A stretch of DNA of 64,000 nucleotides from Adineta vaga (Eukaryota; Animalia; Rotifera): the NCBI GenBank assembly GCA_021613535.1, contig CP075492.1, forward strand, positions 496,001 through 560,000. Direction: 5' to 3'. The number at the start of each line of letters is the position of its first letter. The first letter of the stretch is position 1. A model generated the notes under the pieces. The model worked only from the letters and a program-made list of their open reading frames with translations, had not been told where the DNA came from and did no database searches. A program made the translations under genes and the position numbers. Shown here in pieces: positions 39,057 through 52,374 of this stretch.

Positions 39057-39421
39057 GTCAATACATAATAATCTCCACGAACATTTTCATTCAAAAAACA
39101 CAGTAACATATCCTGGGAAATGTTTTTTGAGGATGGGTCTTATTTTTCTCATAGGTTTGAAAACAAGGGACCCCGCGCGATAAGGCCCTAAATATGCCAC
39201 CTTACCAAAATAATGTTTTAATACCATTAATTTCTACACTGAGTCATCCTTCAGAGTGATGTCATAATCTCGTTACACCCGGTATTCATCCAAAAGCAAC
39301 CAATTCCCTGCGTTACGGAATGCAGTTGATTTGGCGTATCCAGCTCGATACCCATGTCTATGTGTCTTGGGGAGCTGAGGAATATATGTGGATTTGTTAT
39401 GTTCAGCCCTCACCTTCACCC

Positions 39422-41154
39422 TCAACTGAAGTGACTAGGATCGTGTATTCGGAAATCTGTAGGCTCTAAAGAAACTGCTTCGAATGCACTTGCTCGGATA
39501 TATTGAATCCAGTTCATTGAGCTCCATAAACTCGAACATATTTGGTGATATTGAACTTGAATTTGAGTAAATGTTAAATAAGGCATCGAAATTGAAGAAC
39601 ATGGACATGAAACTGTATGAAAATATTGTTGTTCAAGTTCAATGTATTCTGATTCAGCTGGATTGAGAAGAGTTTTCGATTGAATTGGTGTTTCGGTGAT
39701 ATGATAGAAAGCCATGGTGATCATTGAAATGAAAATTAAAATGAGATAAAGTTAAGTTCCATAACGTTGATTTCGTATTTGTCGATCAGTACTCGAATTC
39801 CGTTCGAACATATTGAATTTACTTAATAGTCTGTGACATGACGCTTCCAATCGAAGTAGATGACCACACACTGAAAAACATGCTGAATAACAAAAATCTT
39901 CAAAGAAAATCTTTTCGACTCATAAGATAGTTTTAGTCGTGGTGTTGTATTCAGTGATCGTCGAATTAGAAATGAAAATATCAAACGAAGAATAAGTACT
40001 AAAGTCGCCAATAAACTAATCAATTTAATTAAAACATCCAGAAAAGCTCGTCGAGACATTCCGAAATAAGTACACAACCAGGGTGAACATTCCGAATAAT
40101 ATTTCTCATAAGAAATCTTGCTAATCCAATCTTCAATCATCAGATTATCGATCATTGTTTGAACTGTCGTATTCGGTGTGTTTAATGTTGAATTGAGAAC
40201 TCGAAATGTTTCGTTCGTACGAAAAAAAGTAATGAGTTGGTTTAGACAAGTTTCATTGTAGAAACATTCAAGTATCAAAACAAGAATCGAATCGACTGGA
40301 AAGCAACCGGCTGAGATTCCGGGTAAATATAAATATTGTTCACCGATATCTCCGGCAGTTGCTTTATCGAATGCATCGTAAATACCAGAGGAAATGATTA
40401 GAGAAGTAGTAACATCGCAAGCACATGGTAAACCATCGATTTGACAATGAGGAATTGATGTCAACCAAATTTCCATATCATTTTCAGTAATATCATAATA
40501 AAAGTATGTATTCATTTGTAATGCAGAGAGTATTTTATTACCAGTGATCATTTGATTGACTATTCGCAGTTGAAAATTGAAAGTGTTTGGTATTCGGGAG
40601 CGACATTGATCAATTAATGATTGAGTTTGCGATTGAAGAGCTTTTTCTGATAAAACTTTGGGAGTTACCAGTGTGTTGGAATAAAACGATGAAATACTTT
40701 GTTCAACGTTTGATTTCGACAAACGACAAAAAGCAATCAGGGCTTAAAATTGCGCACTACCAAAGGTGCGAAGGTCAAGAGTGTAGAAATAAGTCGAATT
40801 TGTACCAGAATTGATTGTTCGGATCCAATGATCGGTGACCAAGTCACTCGAGCAAAGTTGATGGAAAGTTGCATCGAGTGTAACGAATTTTCCATATGAA
40901 ATCGATATTTGAGAACACGAACATTTAACATCGAGAGGAAGATCTCGAAATTGTTCTTTTGTTGGATTTTGAATTATAATTTGTGTTGTTCGAGTCATTA
41001 AGGAGAGAATAAGACCAATATCGAAGAGTATTATGATGATTGTTAAAATGTAAATTCGTGTACAGATGATGTTCAATCGATATGTTCGATCATTTGGATG
41101 TTGGGAGGATGAGAGAAGATTTAAATTTAGAAGATCGCTTTTCAAAGAAGACAT
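39422..41154 (-). pseudogene. Paralog of the Cys-rich TM repeat gene, frameshifted and 3'-truncated
   Basis: CSCS, QLCSSDL, CSPWLCTY, CPCSS; breaks at ~40740 and ~39750; runs into TGAGGGTGAAGGTGAGGG. Confidence 0.8.
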
Positions 41155-41637
41155 TTTCGATATCAGGTGTTTATTCAAGAATAAAAGCCTTTTCTTTGTA
41201 TTCACGCTCGATAAAAACATAAAGTATTCGTCGTGAAATGACTTCCTATTCTCAGATAAAAGCTCTTAACGTCAGAAGTTTTCAAGGGTTTTACGAACAC
41301 ATCTGAAAACCTCATTAATGTTTAAATAAAAAGAAAACTTTCAGGTAAGATTGATTTTGAAATCGAACATTTCTATATATTTCTGGTGTACATACACATT
41401 ATCTTTTTGATTTTCTTATGCAAGAAGATTTGCACGCTGTTCATATTTTATATTTAAAGACAAATAGAGTCTTGTCAAAAACACTCGGACAAAAAGTAAA
41501 ATAAGGAAAATCAAAATAAAGAAGGAAGAATCGTGATTACTTTTCAATTTTCAATAAAATGAAAAACAAAACAATTGAAGTTTTTCATGATACAGGAAAA
41601 AAAATTTCCTCAGACAGGCTGACAACTCTAGTTCAAA

Positions 41638-42496
41638 TTAGTTTGTCAATCGACGGAATATAACTTCGTAACGTAAAAAATCACACTCCAACACTAGTCC
41701 ACAAGCCACTAAACAACAATTAACCAGACAATGAATATATACACCAAAATCATATTGTTTTAATAATTCTTCGCCGGTAGCATGTTTTCGTATAGCTAGT
41801 CCGGCAAAAATCAGTGTTCTTATCAAAATAATCAATGCAAGAATATCATAAATACAGTGCATTATATACTGCCATATACAATAAATTTTTTCATCGTCTG
41901 ACTGATCATCATCATCATCATCATGAACGATATAATAGATGCAGTCCTCAAGTCTTATGTCTATAAAACTCACACCAAAAAAAATGTTAAGTGTAAGCAA
42001 GCATTCATAATAAGTATCTCGAAATTTCGAATTCAAATCGAGAAAATAAAAAGAATCGGTGATGAATAAATTAAGCCGTAACACAATATTCTAAGGATTA
42101 AAGAAGCATAATAGATCAAACATTTTTTTTAGTAATATTTTCTCCATCCGATTTCTTTGTAAAAAGATAGATGAAATGTAAAATAACTTCAATTCCGAAA
42201 GATACACTCGTCACGATAATGAGAGGAGTTGTACGCGGTAAAAGAATAAGATAAGCAATCAATTCGCCAGCTTCGATTAAGATACTGAAAATAGTTTTAA
42301 ATTTATTCCATAGGAATAAAGGTCGAATCAAAGTAGCACCACCGATTCCCAAGAGAATGAAAAAAAAGCGTTGCTCTGCACTTTCATCCAAAAAACTGCC
42401 TTTACAAATGAAATAAATCCCAAATTGTTCAGCCAAATTAATGACGTCAATCAAAATTATTGCAAAATTAGCAATAACAGCGGTTAATTTTGGCAT
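41638..42496 (-). CDS. Two-exon multi-pass membrane protein, unknown family
   Basis: Adjacent hydrophobic ORFs separated by a short intron-like gap. Confidence 0.55.
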
Positions 42497-43329
42497 TATT
42501 ATACTTTCAATAGAAAAGATATCAATAGACTTCTTACTCAATACGAATACAAATATGAGGCGTATAAATAAAAATCATTTTCTTCTTCCTCACCCACCTG
42601 TTGGTAGAGTTGCACAAATGCTTCGTTGAGATAAGCGAACTTCAAAGAAAAAAATTCCATTAGCTGTTAAAGTAAACATTTTTCTCAAAAACAAACGATT
42701 GTTCCTAATGTCCTATGACTCATAATGGATGAATAGAAGGTGAAGGATATTGATATGAAATTAACAATTTTTTTACACTCTAATTGATGATGTTTTTTAG
42801 ATATTAAAGACAAATATCTTTTAAATTATCTGTTAATAGTATATGTAAAAAACTGACATATAAAACATCACAAAAAAACTACGAAATCGAAACAGAAGTG
42901 TCATGGTGATGTTTTTATTTTTCGTATGTCTATAGATTGTTTGTATTTTTCTCGATGGCATTTCAACATGATTCAAATGTTGCTGATCAATGCCCACTTT
43001 CAATTGAAAATGTTTCTTGAATAAATTCAATTCATTTAGCTTATTCAAACGACATTAAACCACGTTTTTTCTCCTTCACTGTTATATCATTCTTATACAC
43101 ATTGTTCTTTCGATTGATAAGTTTAATTCTTTTTGTACTGTGTCCATCTACTAATATCATCTGTATGTAACCAACTTTTGTCATCTTTAAAATAACCTTT
43201 GAATAAAGTTCGCTTTTTTAAAACAAACTTCTTTGTTTGTACATCAGTAAGTCAGAAATTAGTAACTCGCGTTAAAATACCTGTTTCACCTGACTCGACA
43301 TCCTTCATTATTCGTCCATGAGATTTACA

Positions 43330-43425
43330 ATGAAAAGGTCGAAATGCAAAATGTCGAAAGACATAACGTCGAAAAAATAAACGCCGAAAGAAAAAATATT
43401 GAACGAAAAAAATCGAACTAAATAT
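43330..43425 (+). repeat. Short degenerate tandem (~15-bp period, GTCGAAA core), probably a TE subterminal repeat
   Basis: aggtcgaaa / atgtcgaaa / acgtcgaaa / acgccgaaa. Confidence 0.55.
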
Positions 43426-43613
43426 CAAACATTTTCCAATGTCATTGATGACCAATAACGGTTTGTTTCACTTATTTATATTTTGTTTTATGTAGATTTA
43501 GTTCCACCATGCCTCGTTATGCTACTTTTCGCACTCATTGATACCATAGTTCTTACCTATGCTCTAGTCTTGAACACCTCCACAGTTACAACTTCATCCG
43601 GACCCTCACCCAA

Positions 43614-44086
43614 ATGACGGCAGATTGTCTTGATACAACATTACTCTATCAAAAAGTCGTTTTAGAGGAAAAAGTGTATGTACTCCAGTATGGACAGTCG
43701 TCATTTCAAATTCTACTTGATTTTACGAACAACAGCTCAAAACATATGAAGACCAAGAATATAGTACTTTGTGATCAATATTTGCAATGGAAGAATCGAT
43801 GTCTAAGAGGATCGAAAGACAAGGAGGTTTGGAATATTTGCACAAAAGATGATCAAATTTTAACGACAACAGTGAAGCTGTCTGTGAGAGCGCTATTTCG
43901 ATTATGAAACAGCACATTCGTGCCAATCGAGTTCTGGATCATGAATTTCTAGACAAAGAAGTAATATTGCATTGGAACGCACCACCGCTTTATCTAGCAG
44001 ATCCATTTGTAAAATTTTGTCTCAACAACTACTTTTCTCAACTGAAGGATAAAAATTGGACAGTTTTCAAGAAAACAGCGGAATAG
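43614..44086 (+). pseudogene. hAT-like transposase C-terminal relic
   Basis: NSEAVCESAISIMKQHIRANRVL...ILHWNAPPL resembles the hAT dimerisation region. Confidence 0.5.
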
Positions 44087-44329
44087 CATTTATTCAAATT
44101 AGTTTCACCTGATTTGGTTGTTTTGAACCGTTTAAGAAATGAAGAAATAGAATGTATTACTATGTTGCACGAAGAGTGACAAACAGAACAATATGTTGCT
44201 GTGGTTTTTATTTATATTTCGTTTCAAATAAAGTTGGCTTGTAAATAATGAAGAAAGTACAGCTTGGGGAAATTTATGATTTTTTGGAAGATTCTGCTCA
44301 TGTGCTTCACTCCCAATTTTTGCGAATTG

Positions 44330-45118
44330 TCAAACCATTAACCAGAAATTGTCAATTTTCTTTTGCATTTTCATAAGTTTATCTTTGCCATTCTGAGACA
44401 AATTACAATTAAATAAAAATAATCTCTTCAATGTTTGACTATGTTTCATTAATTGAATAAGATCATCAACAACATCATCATCAACCGAACGATTTGTACA
44501 AAAATCCAATTCTTCCAGAGTTCTATTGTGATATTGGATTGCATTGATTATCATTTGAATACCTTGATTACCAATTTCATTTCCAGCTATATGAAGAGCA
44601 GTTAATCTTTCATTAGTTTGAATCATTTCAGCAAGATATTTTGCACCAACATTTGAAATTCTGTTTGTTGTTAGATCTAATACTTTTAAATTGTTCTCAT
44701 TTATGGAAAGTACTTTGGCTAAGTGAAGAACACCATCATCACCGATGCGATTATCCAATAACTGTAGTTCTTCGAGAATATTCTCAGTATTGTTTAATGC
44801 ATTAGCCAAGATAGAAGCACCAGTGAATGTCACTTTGCATCGCGTTAGTTGAAGAACTCGACATTGTTTTTTGATCACAGCCTCTTCGACAACATATTCA
44901 ATATCTCGATCATTTAAATCTTGAGATAAATATACTGTTGAATACGCTGGAGAACGAGCGATTTCTTGTCTTAAATAAACATTTTCTGGATCGATCAACA
45001 AAAACAAGAATAGTCAATTATTTATCAATCTGGAAAACATACCTGATGCTGCATTGTCATCTGTAACTTCGTTCGTATCTTCATGTGGAACTTTTTTTGA
45101 TTTCTTTTTTGATGTCAT
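44330..45118 (-). CDS. RI-type LRR protein
   Basis: Repeated L.L..N.IG..G...LA..L..N..L; short upstream exon with a GT donor near 45041. Confidence 0.85.
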
Positions 45119-46686
45119 GTCTATAGTGAATAACAAACAAGATTGCTAAACGTCAACCTTGGAATCAACAAACCAATTTTAATGATAAAACTACACCGTA
45201 TTGCGGTATTGTCAACCTTTTTATATGCAGTTGTTTTCTGATGCAATGAATCAAAACACGTGTATTCGGATGTACTTGTTTTTGGTTGAGTAATAACAAT
45301 ATGATATGAAAAAAAACCGTATGTAAATATTTATTGACACTCGATTATTCATACAGAGGATTTTATCAGGTATTTCGAATAGAAAATATCAGCCATTTGT
45401 TAGCTATCTGTTGTATAGCATACTATTTGATCCTATTGATTCACACTTTTGTTAACCAAAGTTTGGTATAATAATTTATATACTACAGATTCACTGACTC
45501 TCTGTAAAAAAATACCATTTGTCAAGAAAGTCTTGGTACGAAATAGGTTTTGAAGTGTTGATGTCAATCAATCATCAATACTTATTGTGACAATCTCTCT
45601 GACATACGCTGTACGCGTGATACAGTTTTTCTCATCTAATGGATTATCCTTATCTATGTACATTCTGATGTACTTTGATAGAATATTTTCCTGCGTTCTC
45701 TTCTGTAGGGACGAGTATATAAACGCGTGTCTTGTATCAGAACGATGCGATTTACGAGGAAGAAATAAACAAAGGCGTAGTTCCATCAGCGCATACATCT
45801 CTTCCATCAAAAATCGTCACACTTATAAAGTATTTTTTCATATATAATACGAAGGATTGTACTACAACAAACTATGAAGAGCACGTGATATGTGGTCTAT
45901 AGGGTCAACAACAGTTTTTCGCATACCGGATAATTGTTGATGAATGTCATTAGATACTTCACAGTACATTCAGATGAGGATGAAAGAAGAGAGTGCTTCC
46001 GTCACAGTATTCATATTCCGGAGTTAACTCGAATTATAGCGTGGATGGAATATTCCTCTGTCAGCCATATTCACATCTTTAAAATATATGAGAACCAATG
46101 TAAATGTTCTGCCGCTATTTCAATCGTATTCGCTTCACAAAATCTTCTTCTTCTTTTGACAATTATCATACTGATTTTTAGAAAAGAAAAGTGAAATTAA
46201 GTCTCAGAACCTTTGAATAGAAAATGACGTTGATCTGCAATTTTTATCCTTCAATAAAAGAACTGTTAGGACAAGCAGATAGTTCAAAATGTCCTCTTCA
46301 CATTAGTATCGAACGAATCTTGTCTATACGCTTACCGAAAATGTTAAATGAGACGTTTTCGGTGCTTGCTTACAAGATTCGATGACTTATTCGCTTTTGT
46401 CCGGCAGCTGAGATCTTCGACCTGGGTTTTGTTTATAACAATGACCAAGGATATTATTATTTATTGTTGAAAGATGCGAATCATAATATAACGAAATTTT
46501 CGTCCAGAAACATAATCTTATTCTTCAACAATCATCGCATTGATAAGAAAGAAATGCAAACTGAGGGTGTTTGTGACGTCAAATGTGGTGAAAGAACATG
46601 ATGTCATAATGCAACTAAATGATGTTCTCGTACTAGAAATAAACTATAAATATACTCAAAGATTAGTTGAGATCGAACATCGAACA

Positions 46687-47774
46687 ATGATATTCGAAAT
46701 TCTACCTGTTGAAATAATTCGAGAAATCTTTGAATATCTCAATGGTTTCGACATTTATCAATCTTTCTATGGATTGAACAAACGTTTAACATCAATCGCT
46801 CTCTCAACTATGGAATTACATATCGATCTGCGCGAAGTTACGTCAAACGAATGCATTCAAGTAAGTCAATCATCAAAGTATTTCATCTATCGTTAAAGAT
46901 GATCACATCTAAGTAGATGATAAACTTGGTGAATCCATCACACATCATTTCTCTCAAATTGACAAATAAATGGGATAGAAATCAAATTGAGTCAATCATT
47001 CGCATTTATCCAATCAGAATGTTCACCCAAATTCGATCGTTAACATTTGATCTGCTAAGTATAACTAATCTCGAAGAAATCGTAGATATTTTACCTTTAT
47101 TAACTTCTCTCGAATCTTTGACAATCACTTCGAACGAAAATCCATCATCGAACATTTATTCGAAATTATTCTATCGTCTCCGTCATATTAAACGACTTCG
47201 TTTCATTGCTCTCAAGGGAAAATTGGTTTGTTGGGGTAATATCGATATTCGTCAATGGCAACTCGACGCATCTTACAATTTTCGACATTTACAAATCAAT
47301 CCATTGAATTTTTCTCACTTTAGCCTTTTATTTCCTTATCTTCCATATCTTCGATCGATTGAGACGAGTCTCTGTTTTGGTAATGCACCAATTCCGCATT
47401 TGCCAAATGTGCGTTCGTGTATTCTCTATTTCGGTTTTTACGGATTTCCTGAACTAACTGATTTCCTTCAACAATGTCCCAATTTAAAAATACTCAAACT
47501 CGAAACGACAGGAATCGACGTCGTGGATGGTCATCAATGGGAAAATATCCTCACGCGTGTATTGCATCGTCTTCAACGTTTCAATCTTCTCGTGGAATTT
47601 ATGGGAGATCATGATGTTGAAAGTTGTAGAGCTTCTTTTCAAACATAATTTCGGATTCAACGTGCTACACAAGTGAATTTAGTTGAAAGTCATATGCACA
47701 TCGCACCAGATGACATTCGTACAGTTTATCAAATGACAATCGATTTCGATTATCTAAATCAACATCAATCTTAA
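46687..47774 (+). CDS. F-box/LRR protein, possibly with a premature stop at 47646
   Basis: FEILPVEIIREIFEYL...SFYGLNKRL; intron 46861-46916; the frame stays open for ~40 codons after the TAA. Confidence 0.8.
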
Positions 47775-47955
47775 AACTAAAATAGCTTCCGTGTTTTTTC
47801 TTTAATAAACTCTCTATTTTCTGCCGTTCATTTGATCACTTTATGAAAGAACATCGACTGTGTGAGATTTCCTGCTTAGCCTGAAAGACAAGTATCGTGA
47901 GTATGCGAACAGAAAGATAACATCCTCACCTACGTTTAATACTTATTGAATCACA

Positions 47956-48420
47956 TTATAAGACAGTCCGACTCGTTTGAACTGCCTTCTCGAAATACTC
48001 TACTGCGTTGGAATATTCACTCAGTCTTGCAAATGTTAAGCCTATCTTAAAGTAAGTCTTGGCTAGACTGGGATGAGTCGATGGCACAGTTTGTTTCTGT
48101 ATTTCAAGTGTCTGGTTGTAGTTTTCAAGAGCTTTTGAGTGTTCACCTATGTTAAAATACACATCTGCGATATTATTGTAGCTCGTTACGATATTCGGAT
48201 GAGTTAGTGGCAGAACTTTACGCCAGATTTCAAGTGCATTTTTGTAGTTTTCAAGAGCTCTCAGATATTCGCGCATTCGAGAATACATTGAACCGATGTT
48301 ATTGTAACAGGTGGCTATACTCAGATGAGTCGATGGAAGAGTTTTCTGTAGAATATACAGTGCTCGATTATAGTTTTCGAGAGCTCTAGTGTACTCACCC
48401 ATATCATAATATACCAAACC
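47956..48420 (-). pseudogene. TPR-repeat gene, 3' remnant
   Basis: 42-aa ATCYNNIG..Y..M.EY..AL repeats; cut mid-repeat at the telomeric tract. Confidence 0.85.
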
Positions 48421-48443
48421 TTGAGGGTGTGGGTGTGGGTGTG
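48421..48443 (+). repeat. Telomeric-repeat tract at the retroelement 3' junction
   Basis: TTGAGGG TGTGGG TGTGGG TGTG. Confidence 0.9.
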
Positions 48444-48454
48444 TAAACAGCCGC

Positions 48455-48496
48455 CATGACCGGTTTCATCTCCAGCTAAGAAGATTCTTCAGATGA
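48455..48496 (-). ncRNA. Minimal type I hammerhead ribozyme
   Basis: Minus strand ucau-CUGAAGA-aucuuc(uuagcu)ggagau-GAAA-CCG-GUC^aug; 6-bp stem II and the palindromic GAAACCGGUC stem III typical of PLE hammerheads. Confidence 0.88.
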
Positions 48497-48519
48497 TATG
48501 AGTTTGTTTATTATTCGAT

Positions 48520-49451
48520 AATCACAAGAATAGGCTACATCTAATGATACCGCATAATTTATGAAAATTTATAAAGTTAACATAGTGGTGTACACTTGAA
48601 AGTATTACTAATGAGAAGAAGGTTTCGTTGTTTTGTTGTAATGAGGATTCAAGTGAGGAAATCGTACAAGTTTCGGAAGGAGAAAGGTGAACGTTTCTCG
48701 GTGGAAAATTCATTAAGTGGATTTCTGTGGTATTGATTTGCAATTAATATCAACATGGTATATTTATTGGAATGGGTTGCGGTGCTGTGACGTTGGTTGG
48801 CATTTTCTGAGATGATTGTATTACATTCGTCTGATTATATAGAGACGGGTATATGTGTTACGGAAACTTTCACCTTGTACATTTGTTTAGGTATGCCAAT
48901 TTTTGATCTGATTTTGGGTGGTTTTTGAATTAGATCTATATTTCGAAGTTATTCACCAACTACATAATCACCGTTTACACAATGTAGTTTTTGTTTGAAA
49001 AATTTCATAAACTTGCTTTTATTAACGCAATCAATTAAAAATATTACGGGAATTTGATTATTTGGATTGATGATGATCCAATATTTGTTCCATAAAGTTT
49101 ATTATTATAACAATGACCAGTATCTAGAATGATCATACTATCATGAGCAAAATAGATTAAATAATTTTTTTATTCAGTGTTGATAAATAATACCAGACTT
49201 ATAAAGAAATTATTATTACTATTATTAAGAGTGTACTCAGCCGATGTTTGTTCTGAATCGCTATTATATGATTCGATGATATCATCCATATTTTCACTCA
49301 TCATTGTAATGAAAAAGAAATAGCATCGATCTGAACAATTAATAAAGTCGCTTTTTATTTCTAATTTGTCAGCTAATTCACCAAGTAATTCTCTTCCCTT
49401 AAAGATTACTTTTAATAGTTGATTCCATCCTGGTTTTTGATAAAATGCCAT
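48520..49451 (-). pseudogene. Terminon cargo ORF E, spliced or decayed, unknown function
   Basis: 93-aa ORF plus downstream broken frames, co-oriented with RT. Confidence 0.4.
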
Positions 49452-49974
49452 ATGTTAATAATGTATAGATAGAAAGATAAATATTTTTGAAATATCTGAA
49501 ACAGAAAAGTTTCATATTAGTAAATTATTAGAATGGTACTTGCTACAACTAAACACTATGAATTTTATGCAATTACAAAAAAAAAACAAAAGAGAAATCG
49601 AACAACGTCATTTAAATGTTTAATTGGATGATGTTAGTAGAGGCTTTGTGTATATTGTATTCGAATTATCTTGAAGGCCGCGACACGGTAATTGATCAAA
49701 ATGACATGGAAGATAATCGTAATCATATGATTTGATGATCTATGATTGTGATAAAGTAATTTTAAGTAAGAAGAAAAAACGAAAACATTTTGATTTGACT
49801 TACTTTTTCTTTCCATCTATTTTCTTGCTCGTTGAGCATGCTTATTTCATCCGAATACTGCGAGATACAATCAATGTAGTGCATAAATCTGGGATCATTT
49901 GCTATGGGTATATCTGTGTATACATCTATATAGGTATGTATGCATATAGTTTCATTCATTCTTTGGTATAGGCA

Positions 49975-50403
49975 TCAAAACCGAGAAACAAATTGAAGAA
50001 ACTTACTATGCAATAATGATGTTGGTGAAAAAGACTTGGTTTTGTTTGAGAGAAGTCTGCGTACGATAAAGGTAAGTAAGAGTAAAAGCATGAAAACCAA
50101 TATTAGACTAATGATAATAGTTTGTCGATATTGTTGTGCCAGATCTGTAAAATAGTTATTTGATAAAGAATGTGTAAACAATTGAGTTCGATTAAACATC
50201 GAAGTAGTTGTGTTTGCAAGAGGGCAACCTTCAGCGAATGGAGCTACCGTACAATTCACTCGAAGTGGTTTGATTTTCATTCGATGTAGATATAATTGCG
50301 CTAGATGTTCGTCCATATCGTTGTTAAATATATCAGAATAGTTGAGTGGTCGATGAAATCCATAGGAATGACTGCTGTTGCGAAATATATAGTAATTAGT
50401 CAT
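49975..50403 (-). CDS. Terminon cargo ORF D, small single-TM protein
   Basis: IIISLILVFMLLLLLTFIVRR TM segment; several N-x-S/T sites upstream. Confidence 0.65.
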   Translation of the reverse strand: MTNYYIFRNSSHSYGFHRPLNYSDIFNNDMDEHLAQLYLHRMKIKPLRVNCTVAPFAEGCPLANTTTSMFNRTQLFTHSLSNNYFTDLAQQYRQTIIISLILVFMLLLLLTFIVRRLLSNKTKSFSPTSLLHSKFLQFVSRF

Positions 50404-50986
50404 GTTGTTTTCAAAACAATAAAAGTAAAAGATTAGACCAAAAAATCTGAAGAAAAAACGAAAACAAAATTCAGGATAAAGTTGATCGATAAAGATAAGT
50501 CAAAAATAAACTGATCTTTAGGATTCGAGTCTGTCTTGGGTATCATAATTAGTTTTATTTCAGCTACGACGATTTGCGGATGATATTAATTGCTACATGC
50601 AAGTGATATAAAATTTGAAAAAAAAACTACTTGAGCGAAAATCTATTTTAAAATTATTAAAACTTTTGAGTATTAGCGAAGATTTATTCGAAAACTTTTC
50701 GTGGTGTTTTTTATCAGTTACATATAGTTTTCGTGTTTTGACAAAGTTTGTTTAAAATGATTTATAAATTGAACTGGATTAGAATAAGGTGAATATTGTT
50801 TCAGAACATTGATAAACTGATATGATATTGATTGGATTAATCTTGGGTGAGTGAATATTTATGAGAAATATGAGATTAGAAATGAATTATACGATGGAGT
50901 AAACCGTATGTCTAGTGTCGATTTGATTAATTAGTCAAGATTATTAGATGTTCCCATTACTGCAACTGTATAAATTGTTCCGTATT

Positions 50987-51715
50987 TCATTGATGCTCTT
51001 CTTCTTCTTTTTGGTGTATGGCATGTGTCATATTAATTTGGTCCATTTGTTCGATTTCGTTTTCTAATATTTCTGTATGTTGTGGAATAGTGATTCCACG
51101 ATGTTCGTTCAATTGATCTTGTTCCAAATCGTCACGTCGAAATTGTTCTTGTTTTTGTTGTTCGTTTTCGAACGTTTGAGTTTGATTTATTTGCTCAATT
51201 TCGTCCTGTATCATTGGTAATTGTTCTTGAGCAGCAGATGCTTCGAGCTCATTTATTTGTTTTTGTTTATATTCATCTCCTGCATCGTCATTCTTCTTTG
51301 CTTGTAAATGTGTTCTGTAAGTCATTCGATCTGTTCGATCGACGAATAACTGGTGATATTGAATGCTACCATTGTGTTGCGGTGATCGATCTCTATTTGG
51401 ACATTGGTGTTCAATAGATCGTTCATGTCTTTGTCTACTGGTATACTGCATTTGAAGCCATCGCTGTTCTTGTCGAGAGTGATATGGTCTACCTCGTCGT
51501 GCGTGTCGTGGCCTGAGTGTACTATCGTATCGTTGAGGAGCTTGAATTGTTGATAGTCGACTCGAAATTCTATCAGTTGTTGTAGGTTGTGTGAATGGTC
51601 GGTTTACAGTTCCATTCTCAACAGATATCAGTAGATCAATATTGGATTGGTTTTCATTCTTTGAAATTAATGGTTCTGATGGAGTACATCCGAGCTGACT
51701 GTTATTTGTATCCAT
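50987..51715 (-). CDS. Terminon cargo ORF C, Arg-rich then Q/E-rich coiled coil
   Basis: Starts MDTNNSQLG; RPRHARRGRP; acidic helical C-terminus. Confidence 0.7.
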   Translation of the reverse strand: MDTNNSQLGCTPSEPLISKNENQSNIDLLISVENGTVNRPFTQPTTTDRISSRLSTIQAPQRYDSTLRPRHARRGRPYHSRQEQRWLQMQYTSRQRHERSIEHQCPNRDRSPQHNGSIQYHQLFVDRTDRMTYRTHLQAKKNDDAGDEYKQKQINELEASAAQEQLPMIQDEIEQINQTQTFENEQQKQEQFRRDDLEQDQLNEHRGITIPQHTEILENEIEQMDQINMTHAIHQKEEEEHQ

Positions 51716-52374
51716 ATTCTAAAATAAACGTTTGAACATAAGAAAGAACAACTTCGACCTTTACATGCTTTTTTTAAATATTGAAGCGGAGTTTATGTTA
51801 AAGAATATGATATCTTTTTCAGACGAAACTGAATTAAATCGTATATATCTATAACATATAACAGAAGCTAAATACATTAAGGATATAAACAGTTACCAGA
51901 ATGATGGTTCTATTTATTTTTTGGAATAATAATTAATGGTCTACGATTTACGTCGAACAGTTGAAAATTGAAATAAAAATATAAGTGATTCGTATGTTGA
52001 GAGTTGCTTAGATGTAGATATAATATTGAGGTAAAGTAATTCAATATCCTTTGTAGAAAATTAAATGGAATCGTACATGTATCTAGAATATAAAATGTAA
52101 ATTAAACAATTTTAAATGGTGAATATGGAGTGAATTTGAAGAATATTAATAAACATTAAGAGAACACTTTACTCTATTCAAATGGTTTCAGTTTATAGAG
52201 AATAGAATTGAAACGGTGATCACAATAGGAATGTTGAATTATAGATATCGAAGATGAAATATATAGTTGTAAAAGAAGTCTATATAGAACGATGATAATT
52301 GCAAGATAAAAGTTGGGTTTAAAAGTAGCTTGGATTGTATTGAATTATTGAAATAAAAATGTGATATCTTCTCA

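Noticed and set aside
39365-39412. Second hammerhead next to the 39407 telomeric tag (CTGAGGA...)
   Set aside because: No GAAA or stem II/III follows; there is only a weak GCTGA/TCAGC hairpin.
45560-46200. Possible coding relic
   Set aside because: Broken frames with no family motif I can identify.
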